Shown: positions 45,855 to 55,516 of the stretch, one piece after another
Numbering within the stretch: the first letter of the stretch is position 1
Layout of the letters: each line of letters opens with the position of its first letter
Assembly: GCA_016763695.1 (NCBI GenBank)
Contig: JAESTH010000158.1
Location: 225 to 64,224 of the forward strand
Origin: Alcanivoracaceae bacterium
GTDB taxonomy: Bacteria > Pseudomonadota > Gammaproteobacteria > Xanthomonadales > Marinicellaceae
Length of the DNA: 64,000 nt
Direction of reading: 5' to 3'
The notes under the pieces: generated by a model
What the model saw: the letters and a program-made list of their open reading frames with translations, nothing else
Database searches by the model: none
What the model was told of the DNA's origin: nothing
Program-made: the position numbers and the translations under genes

Positions 45855-46858
45855 TGAAAAAAATCGTCTATATTATCCTATTCACGACGGTCGTTTTATT
45901 CGTAATAGCCATCAGTTATTATCAACAGTATCAGCAATTTCTTAGTGTCAGCGTTTTCCAAAAAAATACAATTTTGACGATAAAAAGAGGACAAAGCTTT
46001 AAAGGTTTTGTTTTTGATATAAAGCACAATCAGGCTAACGGCGAAATTTGGCAGTGGCGATTATTCGCCAAAATAGAGGCCGTAGGTACATGGTTAAAAG
46101 TTGGAGAGTTTGAAATTGATGCCGAGTTAACTCCCATGCAAATGATGGAAAAAATAAAATCTAATCAGGTTGTTAATTATCAATTCACCATCATTGAAGG
46201 AATGAACTGGCGTGAATTGAAGAAAAAAATATTACAGGACCCTGTGCTGCGGCATTCATTGAGTGATATTAGTGACCAGCAATTATTGCTTGCTTTGGAT
46301 TCAAACAAAACTTCGCCAGAAGGCCTGTTTTTACCAGAAACCTACCAATTTGTTCGTGGTGACACTGATATAGATGTCTTAAAGAGAGCTCATTCTGCTT
46401 TAAAGTTGAATGTGCAAAAATATTGGCAGGAAAAGAATGATAATCTACCATTTAATGACTCTTACCAATTGTTGATTATGGCATCAATTGTTGAAAAAGA
46501 AACGGCTCAGGTACATGAACGTAATAAAATAGCTGGTGTTTTTGTAAGGAGATTACTGCTAAACATGAGGTTGCAAACAGACCCTACTGTTATTTATGGT
46601 TTGGGATTAAATTATGATGGTGATATTAAAAGGAAAGACTTAACCACAGATACCCCATATAACACTTATACCAGAAAAGGTTTGCCACCTACACCTATTG
46701 CCATGGCGAGTATAGGTGCCATAGCAGCCAGTGCCCAACCCGAAGATGGTAAGTCCTTATACTTTGTGGCAAATAATAGAGGTGGTCATTATTTTTCTGA
46801 TACTTATGAGCAGCATCGAAAAGCAGTGAAAAATTATTTAAAAGGAAACAAGTTGTGA
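45854..46858 (+). CDS. mltG: endolytic murein transglycosylase MltG (YceG)
   Basis: N-terminal TM. YceG motifs (ASIVEKET, LQTDPTVIYG, YNTYTRKGLPPTPI). There is a TAATG overlap with pabC. An alternative ATG lies at 45830. Confidence 0.85.
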   Translation: MKKIVYIILFTTVVLFVIAISYYQQYQQFLSVSVFQKNTILTIKRGQSFKGFVFDIKHNQANGEIWQWRLFAKIEAVGTWLKVGEFEIDAELTPMQMMEKIKSNQVVNYQFTIIEGMNWRELKKKILQDPVLRHSLSDISDQQLLLALDSNKTSPEGLFLPETYQFVRGDTDIDVLKRAHSALKLNVQKYWQEKNDNLPFNDSYQLLIMASIVEKETAQVHERNKIAGVFVRRLLLNMRLQTDPTVIYGLGLNYDGDIKRKDLTTDTPYNTYTRKGLPPTPIAMASIGAIAASAQPEDGKSLYFVANNRGGHYFSDTYEQHRKAVKNYLKGNKL

Positions 46859-47493
46859 CTTCAATAAATTCAAAAGCGCGACTAATAACACTAGAAGGAT
46901 CAGAAGGTGCGGGAAAGACGACTGCTTTAAATGTTATTTGTGAGATTCTTCAACAATGGGATATTGATTTCATTCGTACCAGAGAGCCAGGAGGAGAACC
47001 AACCTCAGAAAAAATCCGTGATATTTTATTGCACTCAGAACATCTGCACGCAAAAACAGAATTGTTACTGATGTTTGCCGCACGTAATGAACACATTGAA
47101 AATGTGGTTAAGCCAGCATTGGCGCAGGGGAAATGGGTGATATCAGACCGTTATGTTGATGCCAGTTATGCTTATCAGGGTGGAGGGCGAAAACTGGGGT
47201 TTGAAATAGTGCAATGGATGGATAACTTTATTGTGGCAGATATTCAGGCTGATTTTACCATCCTGATGGATATCGAGCCAGAAATAGGTTTAGAGAGAAT
47301 TAAAAATCGAGGTCAAGCTGATAGAATCGAACTGGAAAGCATGGACTTTTTTCATAGAATTACCAATGCCTATAGAGAAAAAGCCGCGGAAAATCCAGAT
47401 AGATATGCGGTGATAGATGCTTCCAAAACAATCAGGCAAGTCACTCGTTCAATTCAACTGGCTTTTATACAACACAGAGATAAACTGCTATGA
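46855..47493 (+). CDS. tmk: dTMP kinase
   Basis: P-loop LEGSEGAGKTT. TREPGG motif. DRY region (SDRYVDASYAYQG). Confidence 0.9.
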   Translation: MTSINSKARLITLEGSEGAGKTTALNVICEILQQWDIDFIRTREPGGEPTSEKIRDILLHSEHLHAKTELLLMFAARNEHIENVVKPALAQGKWVISDRYVDASYAYQGGGRKLGFEIVQWMDNFIVADIQADFTILMDIEPEIGLERIKNRGQADRIELESMDFFHRITNAYREKAAENPDRYAVIDASKTIRQVTRSIQLAFIQHRDKLL

Positions 47494-48458
47494 ATACTTT
47501 ACCATGGTTAAATGATAATATTGTTCAGTGGCAAAAAATCATTGCAGCAAAACAGGTTCCGCATGCCATACTGTTGTCAGGTAGCAAGGGTTTAGGAAAA
47601 ATAGAGTTAGCACATAGGATGGCACATATTGCATTGTGTGAAAATTTATCTGCAAATGGAGTTTGTTATAAATGCAGTGGTTGTCTATTGATTAAGGTGG
47701 GGAATCACACTGATTTGTCAGTAATTAGAGCGGAAAAGTCTGTTATTAAAGTTGATCAGATACGAATGTTAACAAAAAAAGTGGTACTGAGCTCTACCAG
47801 AAACCAGTACAGGGTTATTATTATTGAAAATGCGGAATTAATGAATATGGCTTCTGCCAATGCGCTTTTAAAAACATTGGAAGAACCACCAGGAAAAGTA
47901 ATATTGATACTAACCACCAATGATTTTGGCAGTATATTAGCAACCATAAAAAGTAGATGTGTTAAAATCAGTGTTTCTCCTCCTTCTTATGATATCGCCT
48001 TTGGCTGGTTAAAAAATCAATCAGAACAATCAAATGAAGATATTCAATCAAGTCTGATATTAGCTAATGCAGCGCCACTAGTTGCTATAGACCTTCTACA
48101 AAACAACACCCTAAATACCGTGCGTGAGATGTTGTCAGATTTAAATCAACTGACTAAAAACACCAAATCTATATTAGACGTCAGTAAGCATTGGTGTATA
48201 AATGAGTTGTATTTTAACCTTCCTTATATGGGCGCCTATTTTTTCACAATGTTAAAAGCGAGTCTAAATATCAATACCTTGCATAATAATTTCCATTTAA
48301 ATTTGCAAAGCAATTATGCACATGTGAAAGATTTAGACAGCAAAATTTTGAAATTTTTGAGTCAAATAAATAAATTTATCAAGCGCAGCGAGACAGCCTT
48401 GAAAACAGAATTACTGGTTGAAGAATTGTTAATTAATTGGAGAAATGATTTTAAATAA
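47490..48458 (+). CDS. holB: DNA polymerase III subunit delta'
   Basis: HAILLSGSKGLGK. Zn-module Cys (CYKCSGC). SANALLKTLEEPP and SRC motifs. Confidence 0.85.
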   Translation: MNTLPWLNDNIVQWQKIIAAKQVPHAILLSGSKGLGKIELAHRMAHIALCENLSANGVCYKCSGCLLIKVGNHTDLSVIRAEKSVIKVDQIRMLTKKVVLSSTRNQYRVIIIENAELMNMASANALLKTLEEPPGKVILILTTNDFGSILATIKSRCVKISVSPPSYDIAFGWLKNQSEQSNEDIQSSLILANAAPLVAIDLLQNNTLNTVREMLSDLNQLTKNTKSILDVSKHWCINELYFNLPYMGAYFFTMLKASLNINTLHNNFHLNLQSNYAHVKDLDSKILKFLSQINKFIKRSETALKTELLVEELLINWRNDFK

Positions 48459-48629
48459 ACATGTTCTTATTATAATTTCCAGTACATATCAAGATGGAGC
48501 TTACTGAAAAGTATTTTAGTATCATAACTGATGATTACATTCAAAAATAAAATCTAAAATATAGCAATGAATTAGATTCACATTAGGGTATAATATTAGC
48601 TCAAAAATAAAATTCGGAGGGTAGTATCA

Positions 48630-48989
48630 ATGGCATTTATGGGTGCAGGAATGGGAAAGAAAGGAATATTGTCTTGTGTAATCAAAGATGTTACGGAGCT
48701 TCATAAGTTGTATATGCCATTTATAGAGAATGGTGGAGTTTTTGTTAAAACAAAAAATATATATAAGCTTGGTGACGAGGTGTTTTTACTATTATCTTTG
48801 ATGGAAGAAGAAAAGTTCCCCGTTACTGGCAAAGTTATCTGGGTCACACCACAGGGCGCTAGCGGGCTCAAGCATGCAGGCATAGGCGTTCAATTTTCAG
48901 ACAACAGTGACATGGAACAAGCTCGGACAAAAATCGAGACCATCTTGGCTCCTTATAAGGGTGAGCATTTGCCCACCGAAACAATGTGA
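48630..48989 (+). CDS. pilZ: type IV pilus assembly PilZ-domain protein
   Basis: 119 aa. PilZ fold motifs (LYMPFIENGGVFV ... GDEVFLLLSL ... GKVIWVTP). It occupies the conserved position after holB, as in Pseudomonas and Xanthomonas. Confidence 0.75.
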   Translation: MAFMGAGMGKKGILSCVIKDVTELHKLYMPFIENGGVFVKTKNIYKLGDEVFLLLSLMEEEKFPVTGKVIWVTPQGASGLKHAGIGVQFSDNSDMEQARTKIETILAPYKGEHLPTETM

Positions 48990-48993
48990 TATT

Positions 48994-49485
48994 ATGTTTA
49001 AATTATCGTTGTCTACAGTCAATAATATTGAAAAAAAAATAAGAAATGCACAGGTGTTTCAATATATAGCCAGTGATAACTCAGAAGAGATCATCGAATC
49101 TCTTCGACAAATATCAGTCCGTTCAGGAATGGCAATATATATTTGGTCATCAGAACTGGGTTTAGTTAATATTAAATCGAGACAAACACCATTGCCAGCT
49201 ACCAGATCTATTTTAGAGGCGCTAAAGTACGCTAATAAAAATCACTACTTTGCAGTTTATGTGTTCCCAGCAGTTAACACAGTAGATTTGCTGGAAATTA
49301 AATCAACTTTACCATCAGCTCAGATCTATTTAAATGTAAATGATAATACCCGTTTTTTATTTTTGATTAATGAGGATGCAAGTTTTAATTATTTAGCCGT
49401 GAGTGGGGAAGAAATAGAATTGGTTAACAAACACACCAAAAAATATAAACTCAGAGATGGTAAATGGGTATTATCAGATGTTTGA
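48994..49485 (+). CDS. hypothetical protein
   Basis: A 163-aa ORF starting at ATG 48994. The longer track ORF from 48907 overlaps pilZ. Its 3' end overlaps the following GGDEF-EAL gene. Confidence 0.5.
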   Translation: MFKLSLSTVNNIEKKIRNAQVFQYIASDNSEEIIESLRQISVRSGMAIYIWSSELGLVNIKSRQTPLPATRSILEALKYANKNHYFAVYVFPAVNTVDLLEIKSTLPSAQIYLNVNDNTRFLFLINEDASFNYLAVSGEEIELVNKHTKKYKLRDGKWVLSDV

Positions 49486-52063
49486 TTTAACAGAAAAAAG
49501 TGCCCTTATTTGCAGTAATCTAAAAAATGAAAGGTTACTGAGTTTTAACTTTTTTGACAACAACGAATCAGCCATGATTCATACTGCTAAAAATGTAAAA
49601 TCTTGTGCAGAAATACTGGCAAGTGAAGAAATAGACTATTTTATAATTGAATGTTCGAAAGAGCTTATTCACAATCCTCAACAGTTAACTGTATTAATAA
49701 ATAAGTATTCAGCAATGAAAGTTGTATTGTTGATAAACAAAAAAATAACCTTACATGAAACTACTTTTACTCAATTTCAGGAGATAACAGACGTTATTTT
49801 ATTTGAGCCACTATCGCCATTGGAAATTGATAGCAAACTCACCCAACTGTGTAGTCAAAATGGTGAAGAAAAACCTCAAACCATGAAAGTGCCTGAAATA
49901 ATGGACAATGCAAGTGATGCTGAAAACTCACAAGAACTGTGGAACATGTTCTTTATTGATTCATTACAAGCAAAACTGATCGTTAATGCTGTTGATCAAA
50001 AAATCATGCATGTTAATGATGCTTTGTTAGATTTTTTTCAACAAAAAGAACGTAATATAGTTGGTAGATCATGGAAAAGTTTAGATAATAAAGTTAATCA
50101 TGCTCAATATCAACAGTACATAAAGGAAATTAATTCAGAAGAGAAAACCAGATTTATTATCAATAATACAAATGCCAATAAAACCCAGAACTTTGAAGCA
50201 GAGTATCAAATGGGCGTGTTAAATGGAGAAATAATATTTATGGGTGTGATAACACCTGAAAATATACGGGGTATTTCTAATGAAGTTTTTCTGGATATTG
50301 AAAAAATTAATCAAACAGAGGTCTTTTCTGCAGAATTTCCAGCATTATTGGATGACATAAGAAAATCTTTAAAATTTCGTTTCTTAATGTTTTTTGAATA
50401 CAGAAAAAGGAAACTTTTAAAACCAGTTATTTCTGGTGATAAAAATTTTGTTAAAAAGTTCTTAAATCGATCCATAGAACCTTTGTTAGTGCTTATCAAT
50501 AGCAATAACGAGTTGCAAATCGACCGAAACAATAATCGCATGAGTGAGTATTTTGAAATTCTGGATGCTAACAGTCTACAGTCAATATGTGTGTATCCAA
50601 TTTTTCATCAAAATAAAACCTATGGCTCAATTATTGCAGGAGGTTTAACCCCAATTGATAACTGGCAAACTATATCGGTTGTCTTAAAGTCACTGGTCTA
50701 TCAATGCAGGTTTAGCTTATTTCAAAAAACTATTGTTGACCAAAGAGAAATAGAGGGGCAATTAGATAGCCTGACAGGCCTACCAAATAGAAACTCAATG
50801 ACCAGTAAGTTTACACAAATCATTGAAAAGGGCATAAGCTCAGAAAAATACATTTCCTTAATGATCATTGATATAGAAAAGCTGAATTATCTCAATAAGA
50901 ATCTTGGTATTGAGTTAACGGATGAAATCATAGTCTGTACTGCAAAAATACTGAAGCAAGGGGTGCGTGGTGCTGGGCAGGTCTATAGGCTTTCTGGAGA
51001 TGAGTTTGTTATACTCATGCATCCGCATACAGATAAAAAGCTGGTAGAGTTTAAGGTGGTTGACCTTATTAAAAAAATGAACCATCCTATTTTATTAAGT
51101 AATGGAAAAAGTATAGATATTAATTTTAATATCGGCATTTCTGTTTTCCCTGATGATGGCCAAACTGTTTCTAGTATGATGAAAAATGCAGACTTAGCCA
51201 TGTATGATGCCAGGCTTGCTGGAAAGAATAATTATGTGATATTTAAATATTCTGAAACTGGACAGGCATTGAAACAAAAAATAGAAATGGAAGAAAATTT
51301 AAAAAAAGCCATTGATGAAGACCATATAAAAGTTTTTTTTCAACCCAAAATCAATGCTGCAACAGAAGATATCATCGGCTTTGAGGCACTTGTTAGATGG
51401 ATAGACCCTGATATTGGTATGATAAATCCGGGGCATTTTATTCCCCTTGCTGAGGAAACTGGGCTCATTAATGAAATTGGTGAATATGTAGCAAAACAGT
51501 CTTGTAAACTGATTGTTGATTGGCAAAAAAGATATGGTTTGACACTGACATGTTCAATTAATTTATCTGCCGTGCAGTTAATAGATCCTGAATTGCCAAA
51601 AAAACTTGAGGCGATTATTAATTCGTCAGGTGTCCATCCACATTATATTGATTTTGAAATTACAGAAACCATCAGTTTGGATGTGGTGCCAAATTTAGTT
51701 GAGTCATTAAATGAGATAGTTGCCATTGGCTGTACATTGTCTATAGATGATTTTGGCACAGGACACTCCAGCTTGGACTATATAAAGAAAATTCCTGCGC
51801 AGTTTATTAAAATTGATCAGTCATTTGTCTGTAATATCGGCTTGAACCCAGAAGATGAAGCAATATTGGATGCGACCATTGATATTGCAAAGCGTCTTAA
51901 TCGTCAGATTGTGGCTGAAGGGGTTGAAACAGAAGAGCAGAGAGAATATTTGTTGGAGAGAGGGTGTGATTATTTTCAGGGTTTTTTATTTGCACGACCC
52001 ATGCCTGAAGAAGAAATAGAGAAACTTTTGCAACAACGAGTTAAGCTCATGGGTACAAATTGA
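49457..52063 (+). CDS. multidomain c-di-GMP signalling protein: N-terminal unknown/receiver-like region, PAS-like, degenerate GGDEF (SGDEF) and EAL domains
   Basis: DSLTGLPNR ... YRLSGDEFVILM (GGDEF-domain A-site reads SGDEF). EAL domain motifs EALVRW, DDFGTGHSSL, EGVET. An alternative start lies at 49478. Confidence 0.8.
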   Translation: MVNGYYQMFDLTEKSALICSNLKNERLLSFNFFDNNESAMIHTAKNVKSCAEILASEEIDYFIIECSKELIHNPQQLTVLINKYSAMKVVLLINKKITLHETTFTQFQEITDVILFEPLSPLEIDSKLTQLCSQNGEEKPQTMKVPEIMDNASDAENSQELWNMFFIDSLQAKLIVNAVDQKIMHVNDALLDFFQQKERNIVGRSWKSLDNKVNHAQYQQYIKEINSEEKTRFIINNTNANKTQNFEAEYQMGVLNGEIIFMGVITPENIRGISNEVFLDIEKINQTEVFSAEFPALLDDIRKSLKFRFLMFFEYRKRKLLKPVISGDKNFVKKFLNRSIEPLLVLINSNNELQIDRNNNRMSEYFEILDANSLQSICVYPIFHQNKTYGSIIAGGLTPIDNWQTISVVLKSLVYQCRFSLFQKTIVDQREIEGQLDSLTGLPNRNSMTSKFTQIIEKGISSEKYISLMIIDIEKLNYLNKNLGIELTDEIIVCTAKILKQGVRGAGQVYRLSGDEFVILMHPHTDKKLVEFKVVDLIKKMNHPILLSNGKSIDINFNIGISVFPDDGQTVSSMMKNADLAMYDARLAGKNNYVIFKYSETGQALKQKIEMEENLKKAIDEDHIKVFFQPKINAATEDIIGFEALVRWIDPDIGMINPGHFIPLAEETGLINEIGEYVAKQSCKLIVDWQKRYGLTLTCSINLSAVQLIDPELPKKLEAIINSSGVHPHYIDFEITETISLDVVPNLVESLNEIVAIGCTLSIDDFGTGHSSLDYIKKIPAQFIKIDQSFVCNIGLNPEDEAILDATIDIAKRLNRQIVAEGVETEEQREYLLERGCDYFQGFLFARPMPEEEIEKLLQQRVKLMGTN

Positions 52064-52089
52064 TAGTTAATACCTTTTAAAAATAAAAA

Positions 52090-52221
52090 GTAACTGCTCA
52101 CACCTTGAGTCATTAGCCACTAAGGTGGTAGTTTCATAAATATTGTTGATTATTTTCATTAAATTTAGTCGTTTTTTCGATAAACTCCTGCTTTTGCAGG
52201 AATGACAGGGTGAGTAGTTAC
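52090..52221 (+). repeat. MITE-like repeat, full copy c (~132 nt)
   Basis: It is collinear with 6430-6559. The terminal arms are GTAACTGCTCACACC ... and ... GGGTGAGTAGTTAC. It is flanked on both sides by AATAAAAA. Confidence 0.65.
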
Positions 52222-52278
52222 AATAAAAAAACATAATATGTTAAACTTTCCCAAAGTATCAATGTCATAGAAGCAACA

Positions 52279-52914
52279 ATGAAAAATAAACAGGATAAAA
52301 ATACTGATATGTCTGAAAAGGCGATAGATTTGGAGCTGGTAAAACAAGCGCAAAAGGGTGACATTAAAGCCTTTGAACTGTTGGTGCAACGCTACCAGCA
52401 AAAGGTTGGTGGTGTTGTATCAAAACTTATTAAAGATTATCACGAAATACAGGATATTACTCAGGATGTTTTTATCAAAGTGTATAAGGCATTACCAAAA
52501 TTTAGAGGTGACTCTGCTTTTTACACCTGGATTTATAGAATAGCAATTAATACAGCTAAAAATCATTTGGTTGCAAAAGGCAGGAGAATTCAAAATTCTG
52601 ATATTGAACCTGCCGATGCTGAAAATTTCCCCAGCAGTTTTGAGCACCAAAATTTTGATACACCAGATGCAGAATATGAGCGTCAGGAAATAGAAAAGGT
52701 TGTTCATGACTCAATAGCAGATTTACCTGATGACTTAAAAAAAGCAATTATTTTAAGGGAGGTAGATGGTTTGAGCTATGAGGAGATTGCCAAGGAAATG
52801 GACTGCCCAATAGGGACAGTCAGATCAAGAATTTTTAGAGCGAGAGATGCAGTTGATAGTGCCTTGAAACCACTATTACAGAACGAACAGAAGAGAGCAA
52901 ATTATGTCAGATAA
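52279..52914 (+). CDS. rpoE: RNA polymerase sigma-E (ECF sigma-24)
   Basis: Region 2 (QDITQDVFIKVYK ... FYTWIYRIAINTAKN). Region 4 (LSYEEIAKEMDCPIGTVRSRIFRAR). It is followed by an rseA-like gene. Confidence 0.9.
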   Translation: MKNKQDKNTDMSEKAIDLELVKQAQKGDIKAFELLVQRYQQKVGGVVSKLIKDYHEIQDITQDVFIKVYKALPKFRGDSAFYTWIYRIAINTAKNHLVAKGRRIQNSDIEPADAENFPSSFEHQNFDTPDAEYERQEIEKVVHDSIADLPDDLKKAIILREVDGLSYEEIAKEMDCPIGTVRSRIFRARDAVDSALKPLLQNEQKRANYVR

Positions 52915-53527
52915 ATCAAATGAACAGATTTCAAATTTGATGGATGGTGAGTTAGAAATTAATGCCAGCAAATTTTTATTGAAGCGAATGGCAACGGATG
53001 AATCCTTGTCTAATACATGGGATAGTTATCATTTAATTAAATCATGTTTACAAAAAGAATCCCGAGAGCCTCTAATTATAGATGTTGCAGGACTTGTGTG
53101 TCAGCAACTAAGCCATAAAAAATGTAGCTCTATTAAACATGAAATTATCTCAACACCCCCCCATATTCATCGATGGTTGAAACCAGTGATTGGTGTTGGT
53201 ATCGCTGCCAGTGTGGCTATTATGTCAGTGTTTATGCTTCAAAATCAACAGGTTGATGGTTTGCAGTCCGAGTCATACATAAATGTTGCTCAAAATAATG
53301 TGGTCAAGCCAATTAAAACCACTATTTCTGCAAATGTTGCAACAAGTGGTAAGATCATAGTTCCGCCTCCTTCATTGAGCCGTTTCCCATCCGTTTCTGC
53401 TGGTAACTCATATAATTACAATCAAGATTTTTCACACACTGTGAATATGCCATATTTGCTTATTATTAATCAGAAAAGTGATAACAGACAATTGAGTCCA
53501 ATGCGGATTAAGGATGTTAGTGATTGA
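52904..53527 (+). CDS. rseA: anti-sigma-E factor RseA/MucA family
   Basis: N-terminal ISNLMDGEL ... W.SYHLIKSCL anti-sigma domain, a central TM segment and a periplasmic tail. It overlaps the rpoE stop. Confidence 0.75.
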   Translation: MSDKSNEQISNLMDGELEINASKFLLKRMATDESLSNTWDSYHLIKSCLQKESREPLIIDVAGLVCQQLSHKKCSSIKHEIISTPPHIHRWLKPVIGVGIAASVAIMSVFMLQNQQVDGLQSESYINVAQNNVVKPIKTTISANVATSGKIIVPPPSLSRFPSVSAGNSYNYNQDFSHTVNMPYLLIINQKSDNRQLSPMRIKDVSD

Positions 53528-53994
53528 TTAAGCTGGCAAAAATCATCAATATCAATAAGCATGATGTTACTTTAAGGCTGGAGCAGGAGCGGCAATGCTC
53601 AGGTTGTAAAAGTCACTGCAAAGATGGGTTTATGAATTTTTTGTTTCATAAATCAAATGAAGATACATTAATAGTTGCACGAAGTAATAAAAGTACAGAT
53701 AAGCATCATTTAGTTGATAATGGTGCTTTTTTTTCGAGTGATTTCAAAATAGATGATGTAATTGGTATAAAGTTCAATGAGTCCGAATTGTTTAAATTAT
53801 CTTTATTGCTCTATGGGCTACCCATTATATTAATTGTATTAACTTTGATAGGTGGTTATTTAATATTTGCTGGCTTAGGCCTTAATGCTGATATTGGGGG
53901 AATAGCAGGGCTTGTTATGGGTTTGCTTTTTTCTAAATATTTGATTAAATCAAGCAGCCTTAAGGCCATGCCTCGTGTAAAGTTTTTTAGGTAA
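53524..53994 (+). CDS. rseC: RseC/MucC family (SoxR-reducing system) protein
   Basis: N-terminal Cys cluster CSGCKSHC and two C-terminal TM helices. Non-ATG (TTG) start as drawn in the ORF track. Confidence 0.65.
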   Translation: MIKLAKIININKHDVTLRLEQERQCSGCKSHCKDGFMNFLFHKSNEDTLIVARSNKSTDKHHLVDNGAFFSSDFKIDDVIGIKFNESELFKLSLLLYGLPIILIVLTLIGGYLIFAGLGLNADIGGIAGLVMGLLFSKYLIKSSSLKAMPRVKFFR

Positions 53995-54057
53995 GGAAAT
54001 GCACTTTTTAATAATTTCACTGTCGAAACGGCTATTAATTTTGGAGATTTCAATCAC

Positions 54058-55440
54058 ATGAAAAAAGATTTCATAATATCATGTTGTATTTTACTCATTG
54101 GTTTTTCTAACCTGCTACAGGCAAAACAGGCTTCTTTACCAGATTTTACCGAGTTGGTAGAACAAACTGGAGCTGCTGTGGTTAATATCACAGCAAGACA
54201 AAATGCAAATGATAAAAATAATTTTCGTCAGCCATCAAGGCCGACCAATCCTCTTGAAAGGTTTTTTGGTATTCCACAAAACCCGCAAAACCCACAGGGA
54301 AGGGATAGTGTTTCTGGAGGCTCTGGATTTATTATTTCTACGGACGGATATATATTAACTAATCGACATGTCATTCACGGTGCCGATGAAATCACTGTAA
54401 CATTGGTAGATAGGCGAGAATATTCTGCAGAACTTATAGGTGAAGATGAGGCCAGTGATATAGCCGTATTAAAAGTGGATGCAGAAAATTTGCCCATATT
54501 GAAGATAGGAAAAACAGAAAACCTTAAAATTGGTGAGTGGGTTATGGCTATTGGTTCACCATTGAGTTTTGAGCACTCTGTAACCAAAGGAATCATTTCA
54601 GCAAAGGGTCGCTCCTTGGGTGGGCAGCAATATATACCCTATATCCAGACAGATGTGCCGATTAATCGAGGTAACTCTGGGGGGCCATTGATAAATATGC
54701 AGGCAGAAGTCATAGGGATTAATACCTTAATATTGTCAAATACTGGTGGTTATATGGGGTTATCTTTTTCAATACCCATAGATATTGCGATGTCGGTTGT
54801 TGAGCAATTAAAAACTTCAGGGTCAGTTAAGCGAGGTTTATTAGGTGTGAATATTCAACCAGTAACTCAGAAAATGGCTGATTATTTGGGGTTGGATAAT
54901 CCTCAAGGTGCGTTGGTTACCAATGTAAATAAAAATTCATCAGCAGATAAAGCGGGTATATTGGTGCAAGATGTTATTGTTAAATTCAATGGATCAAATG
55001 TTGAAACATCAAGTAGCTTGCCTCCGCTAGTTGGTTCGGTTAAGCCTGGTACAAGTGTTGAGTTGAATATTGTCAGGGATGGCAAAAGCAAAATTATTAA
55101 AGCAGTTCTAGATGGGTTAAATGGTGAGGAAAATGTGGCTGAGTTCACATTGAAGTCATCTGATGAATTGTCGCTCGGCTTTGAAATAGCCAGCTTATCT
55201 GATGAATTAAAGGAACAATTGGAAATTGAATCAGGAGTGGTCGTCAAAAAAATAAATGATAGAAATATACAAAGAGCGGGTTTGCGTGTTGATGATATCA
55301 TTATGAAGCTAGGTAAAAATAAAGTAAAAAGTGTTAATCAATTTAAAAAAGAATTGAAGAAAATAGAAAAAGGCGAGCCAATTGTTCTTTTAGTTAAACA
55401 AGCTGGAGTAAATAGATTCATTGTTATTGAACGAGATTAA
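54058..55440 (+). CDS. DegP/DegQ/MucD-family periplasmic serine endoprotease
   Basis: Signal peptide. Trypsin-like catalytic motifs (TNRHV, SDIAVLK, GNSGGPL). Two PDZ domains. Confidence 0.9.
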   Translation: MKKDFIISCCILLIGFSNLLQAKQASLPDFTELVEQTGAAVVNITARQNANDKNNFRQPSRPTNPLERFFGIPQNPQNPQGRDSVSGGSGFIISTDGYILTNRHVIHGADEITVTLVDRREYSAELIGEDEASDIAVLKVDAENLPILKIGKTENLKIGEWVMAIGSPLSFEHSVTKGIISAKGRSLGGQQYIPYIQTDVPINRGNSGGPLINMQAEVIGINTLILSNTGGYMGLSFSIPIDIAMSVVEQLKTSGSVKRGLLGVNIQPVTQKMADYLGLDNPQGALVTNVNKNSSADKAGILVQDVIVKFNGSNVETSSSLPPLVGSVKPGTSVELNIVRDGKSKIIKAVLDGLNGEENVAEFTLKSSDELSLGFEIASLSDELKEQLEIESGVVVKKINDRNIQRAGLRVDDIIMKLGKNKVKSVNQFKKELKKIEKGEPIVLLVKQAGVNRFIVIERD

Positions 55441-55473
55441 AGCTTTCTGTACAATATGCCATTAACTTTTATT

Positions 55474-55498
55474 AAATCCCGTGTATAGCGGGATTTTT
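55474..55498 (+). terminator. rho-independent terminator
   Basis: Stem AAATCCCG / CGGGATTT with a 7-nt loop, followed by TT-G-TTT. Confidence 0.65.
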
Positions 55499-55516
55499 GT
55501 TTATACAGGAACTTAA

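Noticed and set aside
48907-48993. N-terminal extension of the 192-aa ORF overlapping pilZ. The 19-residue extension of htpG (20880-20936) is a similar case.
   Set aside because: The extensions overlap or abut neighbouring genes and lack conservation-like features. Internal ATGs give sensible gene starts.
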